Part shown: piece by piece, positions 18,501-27,202 of the stretch
Layout: each line of letters starts with the position of its first letter
Numbering within the stretch: position 1 is the stretch's first letter
Assembly (NCBI GenBank): GCA_013330365.1
Contig: DUII01000092.1
Location: forward strand, 21,225 to 60,050
Direction: 5' to 3'
DNA: 38,826 bases
From: Thermococcaceae archaeon
GTDB taxonomy: Archaea; Methanobacteriota_B; Thermococci; Thermococcales; Thermococcaceae
Translations under genes and position numbers: made by a program
The notes under the pieces: generated by a model
Database searches by the model: none
Told to the model about the DNA's origin: nothing
Seen by the model: the letters and a program-made list of their open reading frames with translations, nothing else

Positions 18501-19969
18501 TTTGTTTTCGTAATCTCTTGGTAATTTGACTGAGTGGCTTCAGGAGGTGATGCCACAGTTATCTTGACAAAAATCTTTATTTTTCCATCATTGAATTCAT
18601 TGACGAGTTTGTATTTGTGGGATTCCTCTATATCTTTTATTATACTGTTTCTACACTGCCACACTATCAAGTCAAACCTCCCATTCTTAACGCTAGTTTT
18701 TATGTAATCTGTCAAGAGCAAGGGATAAACTCTGGAGTTAGGGAAGTAATAACCAGCCAGAGTGTAAAGTCTAGGGCTTACTCCAATAAACCTCGGATTG
18801 AAGTTCTCACTAGCATATTGAAAAGCCTTCCCCTCTTCAAGGTATTGAATGTCCCAAGTTTGCTTATATTGAAGCAAATGATGGATAGATGATACAAGAC
18901 CAATTCCAATAATTAGAACTAAAAACACCATTTTGAATCGGTTTAAAAATGAAACGTGCTTGAAAAATAACTCACTCACCGAGAAAACACCTTGTGCACA
19001 AAGGATTCCCACTAGAGGCATTAGAAAAGTCAGAAATCTTGGCTCTTTGTGCGTGACGGTTAATATCCCAAAGATGCCAACAATTCCCCAGCTGATTGTC
19101 AACCACCCAATATCGTCTTTTTTAAGACTTCCAAATCCTAAGAGGGTTAATATTATGATTGGAACTCCTAAGATTTCCAAAACTTCACTAAGGTACCTGA
19201 ATGTTGAAACTGGTGTATCTTTTGTAACAACCGCCATTGCAACTGAGAATGGTTTAAGAGCACCATCATAACGAGTGTGAGCTAAATACAGCCAAGGTGC
19301 TAGAGTTAAGGCAAAGAGTGCAAATCCTATGTAAGTTTCTCTCTTCCTGAGCCAGTTCCAGTGGGAGATTAAGTATAGATATGCTACAAAAACTCCAATT
19401 ATGGAAAGTCCCGTATAACGTGTTAAAACTGCCAAACCTGCTGATACGAAGGATGCATAAATTGTTTTATTGTTTCTGTCCCTATATCCCTTGTATAATA
19501 AAAAAACTGCTAAAGTGTAGAAAAAGGAAAACTCGCTGTGGACTAGGGCCCTATTTGACATTGTGAAGCTTAAGGGGTTTAGAATGTAGAAGATACTTGC
19601 AGCAACACCTTTCTTCTGATCCTTGAAAAGCCCTACTGTGAAGAGGTATACTAACGTGGCGGTTAGTGCGTAGAAAATTGCAGAAATTACTCTCGCTATT
19701 CTCAGGTGATGATCATAGCTAAAAAGGCGATAAAAAATTGAGAGGGTGTAGGGGTATAGAGGAGGGCGGTACATCATATATGCTCCTTGATATGTAAAGC
19801 TCGAGACATCCTTTGCGAGGTTTCTTGCAATGATCATGTAGAGAGCCTCATCGTAGGTTATACTCAACTTAGGAGGCTGAAAAAGTAAGCTTAGACTCAA
19901 AGCCACTAGAAATATGCAAACTAAAACCAAATTGCTCCCAACAACCCTCTTCACTTTATTAACATGCAT
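18497..19969 (-). CDS. GT-C fold glycosyltransferase (family 39 / ArnT-PMT-like)
   Basis: YDEALY first-loop motif, YRPPLYPY, multiple TM helices, HKEPRFL, soluble C-terminal domain. Confidence 0.88.
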   Translation of the reverse strand: MHVNKVKRVVGSNLVLVCIFLVALSLSLLFQPPKLSITYDEALYMIIARNLAKDVSSFTYQGAYMMYRPPLYPYTLSIFYRLFSYDHHLRIARVISAIFYALTATLVYLFTVGLFKDQKKGVAASIFYILNPLSFTMSNRALVHSEFSFFYTLAVFLLYKGYRDRNNKTIYASFVSAGLAVLTRYTGLSIIGVFVAYLYLISHWNWLRKRETYIGFALFALTLAPWLYLAHTRYDGALKPFSVAMAVVTKDTPVSTFRYLSEVLEILGVPIIILTLLGFGSLKKDDIGWLTISWGIVGIFGILTVTHKEPRFLTFLMPLVGILCAQGVFSVSELFFKHVSFLNRFKMVFLVLIIGIGLVSSIHHLLQYKQTWDIQYLEEGKAFQYASENFNPRFIGVSPRLYTLAGYYFPNSRVYPLLLTDYIKTSVKNGRFDLIVWQCRNSIIKDIEESHKYKLVNEFNDGKIKIFVKITVASPPEATQSNYQEITKTN

Positions 19970-21053
19970 TTTCTATCCCTCCAATAGTGGCAATGTCTTT
20001 ACTAAGAAATAAGGCAAAGTAGGCTGAAACCATTAAAATCCCAAAGTTTAAAGCGTCAAAACCATTCTCAATTGCCAAGATTAAAAAAGTCAAACTGAGG
20101 GCTTTAAACGCGGGCAACCTCTCAGAGTCTCTCAATGCTACTCCCATGAGGAAAGCTTCAAAAAGCCCAAAAATACCCAAATCATAAGCCGGCTGCCCAA
20201 AAATTGTATAAGTGTAATTGTTTGCCTTGCCAAAAAGGGCCGCGACGTATTCTCTCGCATTCGGGTTGAGGAGAAGTCCGAACTTCCCAACAGGCATGCC
20301 TAATGAGAAGAGCTTTTCGTAAACCATGTACGAGAAACCAGCCCTATAAACCAAACTTTGAGCAAAGCCGAGCTTCCAAATGGAGTACACACTCTTCGTT
20401 GCGTAGAAGCGCGCTAAGAACGCCAAACCCACCAAAGGGACGCCAATTATTAAAAGCCGTTTGAGCTCCTTTTTCTCAGCCCTAAACAAGTAGGCTAAAA
20501 AAATTATGAGCGCATTGCTCCTAAAAGTTGAAACTACTGCAAAAGCTTCCCCCACGAGGAAAACAATGAGGCTCGGCTTATATGCAAGGAGGAAAGAAGC
20601 AAAAAGGGCAGATGCCAAGTATAGGTCTTTTAAATCACTGTACCTCGTTTGGGGGTTTAGAATGGGGATTACGCCTTTACACATCGCCAAGAGGGGAAGG
20701 ATCACCACCAAAGCTATTCCGGCGTAGTAAGCGTGTTTATAGTACCCATCCACGCTTCTTCTTAGAATAAGCATCCCGCCAAAGAGAACGGTCAAAACAG
20801 CCACAACCCCCAAAATTCCCGCCGCTGAACTGACTAAAATGCTAAGTATGAGGTAAACATAAGCCCGCTCAAATGGAAGGTTAAACCTCTTTTCACTGTT
20901 ATACCCCAAGAATAGCGTCAAAGAAAACGTCAAGGCATAGAGGAGGGCACTTAAGTTAAGCTCGCCGAGATAACTCTTAAACGCGAACTTTCCGAGTAGT
21001 GCAAGCGAGAGGTAGGTGGCTAAAAAGAGTGCAAAGATTCTATCACTCTTCAA
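19959..21053 (-). CDS. Oligosaccharide repeat-unit polymerase family (archaeal Wzy-like) membrane protein
   Basis: About 10-11 TM helices, IPILNPQTR, STFRS, TYTIFGQPAYDLG. Confidence 0.7.
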   Translation of the reverse strand: MKSDRIFALFLATYLSLALLGKFAFKSYLGELNLSALLYALTFSLTLFLGYNSEKRFNLPFERAYVYLILSILVSSAAGILGVVAVLTVLFGGMLILRRSVDGYYKHAYYAGIALVVILPLLAMCKGVIPILNPQTRYSDLKDLYLASALFASFLLAYKPSLIVFLVGEAFAVVSTFRSNALIIFLAYLFRAEKKELKRLLIIGVPLVGLAFLARFYATKSVYSIWKLGFAQSLVYRAGFSYMVYEKLFSLGMPVGKFGLLLNPNAREYVAALFGKANNYTYTIFGQPAYDLGIFGLFEAFLMGVALRDSERLPAFKALSLTFLILAIENGFDALNFGILMVSAYFALFLSKDIATIGGIENAC

Positions 21054-22035
21054 CTTTCATCACCCTTACGGCGTATTTACCCCTTATCAAGGCGTAGAAG
21101 CCTACGAAGAAGAACAAATAAACTGGTAAATCCAAAATTCCCGTCTCAACACCTACGATGCCGTAGGCGAGAGTAGTGTAGTAAATCACTTTCAAAAGAA
21201 GACTCTTAGCCTTGCTTATCATGCCGTAATACACTCCGAGCAAAAAGCCTTCAATGATTGAGAAAACTCCAAAATCCAAGTACATACCCCCCAAAAGTGT
21301 TGGTGTTATTGAAACACCCGTCGTCATGTGCAAAAAGCGTGCCACTAGGACCCTTGGTGAATAACCACCCAGGAGGTATGATCTAATTCCCGTCCACTGG
21401 AGATAACCGTGATAAAAACCGTGCCAAGGAGTCCTATCGATTATGACATCTAAAACAGAAGTCGTCGCTTGAACCCTAATGAGCTGACTGCTTATCGCAT
21501 CTCCCCTCGCGAGAGCAATCCCTACAAGCCCAGCCAAAATTAGGAGCGAGAAGCCTGCTAAGTGCTTTAATTCGATGTCTTTCCCATCAAAATAAGCGAC
21601 TGCAAACGCTAAAAAGCTCACTAAAACAGGAGTTCTATACCCATATAATGCTACGAGAAATGGGTAAACGAGCGAATATTTCTTCCCTTTTGAAAAAAGA
21701 TATACGCTTGAGGGAACACCTAAAAAGTATGTTAAAGCTGTTAGGTGGGGATTTAATAGGTGCCTAGCTGACGAATCCAAGAGGGGTACCTTCTTAATCA
21801 TAAATATCTGGAGCGCGATCAAAAGCAGCGATATTAAAAAAGCCCAAACTAAGTGTTCTTCCTTTATGACTTTGAACTCTTTCTCTTTCCAAGGCGTCTC
21901 TTCGCCTTTAAAAATCCCGTACGAAAAAGCCATCGCGAAAAGGGTGCCTACTAGGAGCGTCTTGTATGAAGCGGTGCCTAAAGCTATAAACGTCATGAAG
22001 AGGATGGGAATTACAAGAGGGAGCTTCAGCCTCAT
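21043..22035 (-). CDS. Oligosaccharide repeat-unit polymerase family (archaeal Wzy-like) membrane protein
   Basis: About 10 TM helices, VPLLDSSAR, LYGYRTP, SITPTLLGGMYLDFG, VETGILD. Confidence 0.75.
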   Translation of the reverse strand: MRLKLPLVIPILFMTFIALGTASYKTLLVGTLFAMAFSYGIFKGEETPWKEKEFKVIKEEHLVWAFLISLLLIALQIFMIKKVPLLDSSARHLLNPHLTALTYFLGVPSSVYLFSKGKKYSLVYPFLVALYGYRTPVLVSFLAFAVAYFDGKDIELKHLAGFSLLILAGLVGIALARGDAISSQLIRVQATTSVLDVIIDRTPWHGFYHGYLQWTGIRSYLLGGYSPRVLVARFLHMTTGVSITPTLLGGMYLDFGVFSIIEGFLLGVYYGMISKAKSLLLKVIYYTTLAYGIVGVETGILDLPVYLFFFVGFYALIRGKYAVRVMKVEE

Positions 22036-22697
22036 AGGGTCTTCACCCCTAGCACCCTGAGGGGCAAATTGCGCTCCTCTGAGTTCACGTAGAGCGTCCC
22101 GTACATGTAAACTTCCTTATCTCCAATGTACTTCTCCAGCATCTCAATTGGCACCATTCCTGCCGTCAAAATCACGCCATCTTGGAGGGACTGCTTTACA
22201 TCAATGGAACCATAAGTGAGGTAATCCACGTTGTATTTGAGCTTTCCTATCTCTATGGGGTCAGTAAGGCCCTTTACGAATATTATCCCCGAAAAGCGCT
22301 CGGAGTAGGCGTCCACCTTGAGTTGCTCAATGACTTCACTGCACTTGCCGCTCCTGGGAGGGAGCTCATAAACGTAAACACTTCCCTTTGCTTTAATCTC
22401 AATATGCTTTGCCCTTATATCCTCCTTTGTGGCGGATGGTCCCCCTATAGCAAGCGTCTTTCCATCCTTGATGATGTAAATTGTTGAGCCGCTAACCGAA
22501 AAAAGCTCGCCCTCTAAAGTTTTTCCATCCACAGTTTCCACAAAAACAGTAACGTTAAATCCTTGTGTGAGTAAAGTAAAGCCTCTATTCGCGGCTTCGT
22601 AGATTTCTCCGCCTCGATAGTGGTCGGTGTAGTAATTAACCACAAAGCCAAGGAAAGCAATTACAACTATTAGCGCAAAGACGTTTTTATTCTCCAT
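22032..22697 (-). CDS. Membrane-anchored, probably exported hypothetical protein leading the glycosylation operon
   Basis: One N-terminal hydrophobic helix followed by a beta-rich soluble region; GGTGAT RBS before ATG 22697; ATGA overlap with the next gene. Confidence 0.8.
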   Translation of the reverse strand: MENKNVFALIVVIAFLGFVVNYYTDHYRGGEIYEAANRGFTLLTQGFNVTVFVETVDGKTLEGELFSVSGSTIYIIKDGKTLAIGGPSATKEDIRAKHIEIKAKGSVYVYELPPRSGKCSEVIEQLKVDAYSERFSGIIFVKGLTDPIEIGKLKYNVDYLTYGSIDVKQSLQDGVILTAGMVPIEMLEKYIGDKEVYMYGTLYVNSEERNLPLRVLGVKTL

Positions 22698-23177
22698 GCT
22701 CATCACCAAGGGCTTTTTGGACTTGAAATCTATAAAAAACTTGTGCTAACTAGCCAGGAGATCAAGCATTCAACCACATTAGGCATATTGACGGGCAAGT
22801 TAGGGGTAAATTTTAACAGGCTTATCCCTCGAAATCTTGTGAGAGTTCCCACAAACAACTTCAAGACCTTTCCCCAAGTTTCCTTTGAAGTAAACAACAA
22901 TATCACCAATCTCAATGAACAAACCAACCAAATACTAATCCACAAAACCACAATTTTAAGGGAAGAATTAACCCTTTAATCGTTGATTCGGTTATCTGGT
23001 AGAGGGAACCCCGGCCTCTCCAAGCCACATTGGATATTTTTAGGGCTTTAAAATATGCGTATGGGATTGAGAACGCTGTTGAAACCCTCAATGAGATTCT
23101 AGCGTTCCAGAACTTTTAATTTTTTAGCCTTATGATGTTTTATTTTATGAGTTCAAAAGCCATCTTTGGACAGTTAA

Positions 23178-23214
23178 TTTTAAATAGGCTCTCTCTATAT
23201 CACCCACGGTTATT
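23178..23214 (+). promoter_or_regulatory. ppsA TATA box plus Thermococcales glycolytic motif (TGM; TrmBL1/Tgr site)
   Basis: TTTTAAATA at 23178-23186; TATCAC-CCACG-GTTATT at 23198-23214, two mismatches from TATCAC-N5-GTGATA, overlapping the predicted TSS. Confidence 0.7.
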
Positions 23215-23233
23215 CTAAGAAGGAGGGATCGAG

Positions 23234-25615
23234 ATGGCGTACAGATTCATAAAATGGTTTGAGGAATTGAGAAAAGAAGACGTCCCCCTTGTGGGTGGAA
23301 AAGGTGCAAACCTTGGAGAAATGACAAACGCTGGAATTCCAGTCCCACCAGGGTTCTGTGTTACAGCTGAAGCGTACAAATACTTTGTTGAAAACGTTAG
23401 GGTTGAAGACGGAAGAACTCTCCAAGAGTGGATTATGGACATTATAAGCAAAACCAATGTTGATGACAGCAAGCAGCTCCAGGAGAACACCGCTAAGATT
23501 AGGGAAAAGATAATCTCACTTGAAATGCCTGAGGAGATTGCCAAGGAGATTGAGCAAGCCTATAAGGAGCTCAGCCAAAGGTTTGGCAAAGATGAGGTTT
23601 ATGTCGCTGTTAGGAGTTCTGCTACAGCAGAAGATCTCCCAGAGGCTTCATTCGCCGGACAGCAGGAGACTTTCTTGGATGTTCTTGGTGCAGATGACGT
23701 TAAGGATAAGGTAAAGAGATGCTGGGCTTCACTTTGGACCGCAAGAGCTACATTCTACAGGGCAAAGCAAGGATTTGACCACTCAAAGGTTTACTTGAGC
23801 GCTGTTGTTCAAAAGATGGTTAACAGCGAGACAAGCGGTGTTATGTTTACCGCAAACCCCGTCACAAACGATAGAAATGAGATAATGATCAACGCAAGCT
23901 GGGGACTTGGTGAGGCTGTTGTTAGCGGTGCCGTAACTCCAGATGAGTACATTGTCGAAAAGGGCACCTGGAAGATTAAGGAGAAGTTCATTGCCAAGAA
24001 AGAGATAATGATTGTTAGAAACCCAGAGACCGGTAAGGGAACCGTTAAGGTTCCAGTTGCTGAATATCTCGGCCCAGAATATGTTGAAAAGCAAGTCCTC
24101 ACCGATGAGCAGATAATTGAAGTTGCAAAGATGGGTGCCAAGATTGAGGAGCACTACGGATGGCCACAAGACATTGAGTGGGCTTACGATAAGGACGACG
24201 GCAAGCTCTACATCGTCCAGAGCAGGCCTATTACCACACTCAAAGAGGCCGAGAGTGCCGCTACCGAAGCCGCTGAGACTGAAGAAGCCGAGGTCATTCT
24301 CAAGGGTCTTGGTGCCTCACCAGGTATCGGTGCTGGTAGAGTGGTTGTTATCTTCGATGCTAGCGAGATCGACAAAGTTAAGGAAGGAGACGTCCTTGTA
24401 ACAACAATGACAAACCCAGACATGGTTCCTGCAATGAAGAGAGCCTCTGCTATTGTCACTGACGAAGGTGGAAGAACCAGCCACGCTGCTATTGTTTCAA
24501 GAGAACTTGGTATCCCAGCTGTTGTTGGTACCAAAGAGGCTACCAAGAAGCTTAAGACCGGCGACTACGTCACAGTTGATGGTACCAGAGGTGTCGTCTA
24601 CAAGGGCATAGTCAAGAGTCTCGTTGAGAAGAAGGAAGAAGCAGCTGCTGGAGCCGCTGGTGGTCAAGTCGTAGTTGCAGGCGCTCCACTTATCACGGCA
24701 ACCAAGGTCAAGGTCAACGTTTCAATGCCAGAGGTAGCCGAGAGGGCTGCAGCAACTGGAGCAGATGGTGTTGGTTTGCTTAGAGCAGAGCACATGATCC
24801 TCAGCATTGGTCAGCACCCGGTTAAGTTCATCAAGGAGGGCAAGTTCGACGAGCTCGTTGAGAAGCTCGCCGACGGTATTAGAACTGTCGCAGCTGCCTT
24901 CTATCCAAGGCCAGTATGGTACAGAACACTTGACGCTCCAACCAACGAGTTCAAGGAAATGCCAGGTGGAGAAGACGAGCCAGATGAGAGAAACCCAATG
25001 CTTGGATGGAGAGGAATTAGGAGAAGCCTTGACCAGCCAGAACTACTCAAGGCCGAGTTTAAGGCTATTAAGAAGGTCGTCGAGGAAGGTTACAACAACA
25101 TTGGCGTCATGCTTCCACTTGTGGGCCACCCAGAGCAGATCAGGAAGGCTAAGGAAATTGCTCTCGAGGTCGGTCTCGTTCCACACAAGGACGTCGAATG
25201 GGGTGTTATGATAGAGGTTCCAGCAGCAGCTCTCATCATAGAAGAGCTCGTTAAGGAGGGCATCGACTTCATAAGCTTCGGTACAAACGACCTTACCCAG
25301 TACACCCTTGCTATCGATAGAGACAACGACAGAATAGCTTACCTCTACGATGAGACCCACCCAGCAGTGCTCAAACTCATCAAGCATGTCATTAAGGTCT
25401 GTAAGAAGCACGGAGTTGAGACCAGCATCTGTGGACAAGCTGGAAGTGATCCAAAGATGGCTAAGATACTCGTAAGGCTTGGCATTGACAGCATCTCAGC
25501 CAACCCAGATGCAGTAGAGCTCATCAGAAAGGTTGTTGCTCAAGAAGAGCAGAAGATTATCTTCGAGGCAGCCAGAAAGAAGCTCTTTGGAGAAGAGGAC
25601 GAGCTCGAGTTCTGA
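23234..25615 (+). CDS. ppsA: Phosphoenolpyruvate synthase (pyruvate, water dikinase)
   Basis: VGGKGANLGEM, AVRSSATAEDLPEASFAGQQET, phospho-His motif GGRTSHAAIVSRE, ERNPMLGWRG, SFGTNDLTQ, ICGQ; GGAGG RBS. Confidence 0.98.
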   Translation: MAYRFIKWFEELRKEDVPLVGGKGANLGEMTNAGIPVPPGFCVTAEAYKYFVENVRVEDGRTLQEWIMDIISKTNVDDSKQLQENTAKIREKIISLEMPEEIAKEIEQAYKELSQRFGKDEVYVAVRSSATAEDLPEASFAGQQETFLDVLGADDVKDKVKRCWASLWTARATFYRAKQGFDHSKVYLSAVVQKMVNSETSGVMFTANPVTNDRNEIMINASWGLGEAVVSGAVTPDEYIVEKGTWKIKEKFIAKKEIMIVRNPETGKGTVKVPVAEYLGPEYVEKQVLTDEQIIEVAKMGAKIEEHYGWPQDIEWAYDKDDGKLYIVQSRPITTLKEAESAATEAAETEEAEVILKGLGASPGIGAGRVVVIFDASEIDKVKEGDVLVTTMTNPDMVPAMKRASAIVTDEGGRTSHAAIVSRELGIPAVVGTKEATKKLKTGDYVTVDGTRGVVYKGIVKSLVEKKEEAAAGAAGGQVVVAGAPLITATKVKVNVSMPEVAERAAATGADGVGLLRAEHMILSIGQHPVKFIKEGKFDELVEKLADGIRTVAAAFYPRPVWYRTLDAPTNEFKEMPGGEDEPDERNPMLGWRGIRRSLDQPELLKAEFKAIKKVVEEGYNNIGVMLPLVGHPEQIRKAKEIALEVGLVPHKDVEWGVMIEVPAAALIIEELVKEGIDFISFGTNDLTQYTLAIDRDNDRIAYLYDETHPAVLKLIKHVIKVCKKHGVETSICGQAGSDPKMAKILVRLGIDSISANPDAVELIRKVVAQEEQKIIFEAARKKLFGEEDELEF

Positions 25616-25616
25616 G

Positions 25617-25638
25617 CTCTTTACCCTCTTTTCTTCTT
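25617..25638 (+). terminator. Pyrimidine/oligo-T terminator after ppsA
   Basis: CTCTTTACCCTCTTTTCTTCTT directly after the stop codon. Confidence 0.6.
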
Positions 25639-25673
25639 AGATTAATCTTTTATTTCTGAAAGACCTATTCTAC

Positions 25674-25744
25674 GGATAATTTATCCATAATAAGCTTTTT
25701 ATAGTAACGTTTCGATTTTCATTTAAGCACAAAGTGATCACTTT
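25674..25744 (+). promoter_or_regulatory. MATE promoter: TATA flanked by two palindromes
   Basis: GGATAA-T-TTATCC (25674-25686), TTTTTATA (25696-25703), perfect 14-bp palindrome AAAGTGATCACTTT (25731-25744). Confidence 0.5.
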
Positions 25745-25797
25745 TGAACAGAATTAAGATATGCAATGATCAATGATATCTCACTAAGGTGGCCTAT

Positions 25798-27168
25798 ATG
25801 GACGGAGAGAAGATTCAAGCAATGAGGCAGGAGATAGTAGAGGGCAACATAGAGAAAACAATGCTGAAGCTAGCCTATCCTTTAATAATCAACAACATGG
25901 TTCAAGTTCTTTATAACCTCACAGATACTTTTTGGCTGGGGAGATTGGGTACGGAAGAACTCTCCGCCCCAGGGACGGCTTGGCCTCTCGTGTGGTTTTT
26001 TATGAGCATTGGAATGGGCTTTGCGACTGCGGGCTTTGCCTTTGTGAGCCAATATATTGGGGCTAGGGATTACGAGAAGGCTAATAGAGCTGCTGGAGCG
26101 CTGTATTCCTTGATGATGTTCTTTGCTATATTTGTGGCAGTTTTTGGACTTTTGATCGCACCTTTCGCCCTTAAGTTCATGAAGGTCACGCCTGAGGTTT
26201 ATCCTTTTGCCTTGAACTATATTAGAGTGATTTTCATAGGTATACCCTTCTCCTTTACTTTGTTTGCATTTAACTTCCTTCTCAGGGCAGTTGGGGATAC
26301 AAAAACTCCTGTGAAAATCAACATGTTCACTGTTTTCCTTAACATTATTTTAGACCCCCTCTTGATTTTTGGTTGGTTGGGGTTTCCGAGGCTTGGAGTT
26401 ATAGGGGCTGCAGTGGCAACAATGTTTTCAAATAGTGTTGGTTCTTTGATTGGAGGATATCTACTGTTTAAGGGGAGAACTGGAATTCATCTTACTTTAG
26501 AGAACCTCAAGCCAGAGTGGGATTTCTATGCCAGAATTTTCAGAGTGGGACTGCCCTCAAGTGTGGGCTTTTCTACGGATGCCTTTGGCTTTGTTGTGCT
26601 TACGAGGATAATCTACATCTATGGAACCGTCGCCTTCGCTACCTATACCATAGGAAACCGTCTTACAAATTTTATGTTCGCTATAGCTAACGGAATAAGC
26701 CAAGCAATGGGAACCATGGTGGGCCAGAACGTTGGTGCCGAGAAATATGAGAGGGCAAAGAAAATAGCAGAGAGAGCCATGCTGACCAATTTAATTGTCT
26801 TAACTGTTGGAACTGCTATAGTGGTAGCGTTCAGAGCCCAAATATTTGGATTTTTCGTGAAGGATGAAAGAGTTTTAGCGGAAAGTGCTAAGTTTGTTAG
26901 GTATTTTGCATTTTCCTTGCCGTTTTTTGGCATTTTTTCCGCTGTAAGCAACGTATTTCAGAGCTCTGGACATACTAAAAAGAGCATGATACTTGGCATG
27001 GTAAGGTTGTGGGTACTTAGAATCCCCCTTGCATACAGCCTCGGAAAGTTTATGGCAGATACAACTGGAGTATGGCTTGGAATGGGCTTAAGTAACTTTC
27101 TGGCGGCATTAATTGGCTTTGCTTGGTTCCTTAGGGGGAGCTGGATGAAGCGGATAATAGACCATTAA
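25798..27168 (+). CDS. MATE-family (DinF/NorM-like) efflux transporter
   Basis: VQVLYNLTDTFW, RAVGDTKTP, NIILDPLLIFG, LGVIGAAVAT, GQNVGA; about 12 TM. ATG 25798 follows AGGTGG. Confidence 0.95.
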   Translation: MDGEKIQAMRQEIVEGNIEKTMLKLAYPLIINNMVQVLYNLTDTFWLGRLGTEELSAPGTAWPLVWFFMSIGMGFATAGFAFVSQYIGARDYEKANRAAGALYSLMMFFAIFVAVFGLLIAPFALKFMKVTPEVYPFALNYIRVIFIGIPFSFTLFAFNFLLRAVGDTKTPVKINMFTVFLNIILDPLLIFGWLGFPRLGVIGAAVATMFSNSVGSLIGGYLLFKGRTGIHLTLENLKPEWDFYARIFRVGLPSSVGFSTDAFGFVVLTRIIYIYGTVAFATYTIGNRLTNFMFAIANGISQAMGTMVGQNVGAEKYERAKKIAERAMLTNLIVLTVGTAIVVAFRAQIFGFFVKDERVLAESAKFVRYFAFSLPFFGIFSAVSNVFQSSGHTKKSMILGMVRLWVLRIPLAYSLGKFMADTTGVWLGMGLSNFLAALIGFAWFLRGSWMKRIIDH

Positions 27169-27202
27169 TCTTATATATTAACGCTTCGATATGTATTTTA
27201 CC

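Noticed and set aside
22964-22999. INPLIVDSVIW resembles the PLHxDSxxW motif of archaeal AGOG glycosylases
   Set aside because: No other AGOG motif is visible nearby; too short to assign a family.
23210-25438. Many antisense and alternate-frame ORFs within ppsA
   Set aside because: Expected by-product of strong codon bias in a highly expressed gene.
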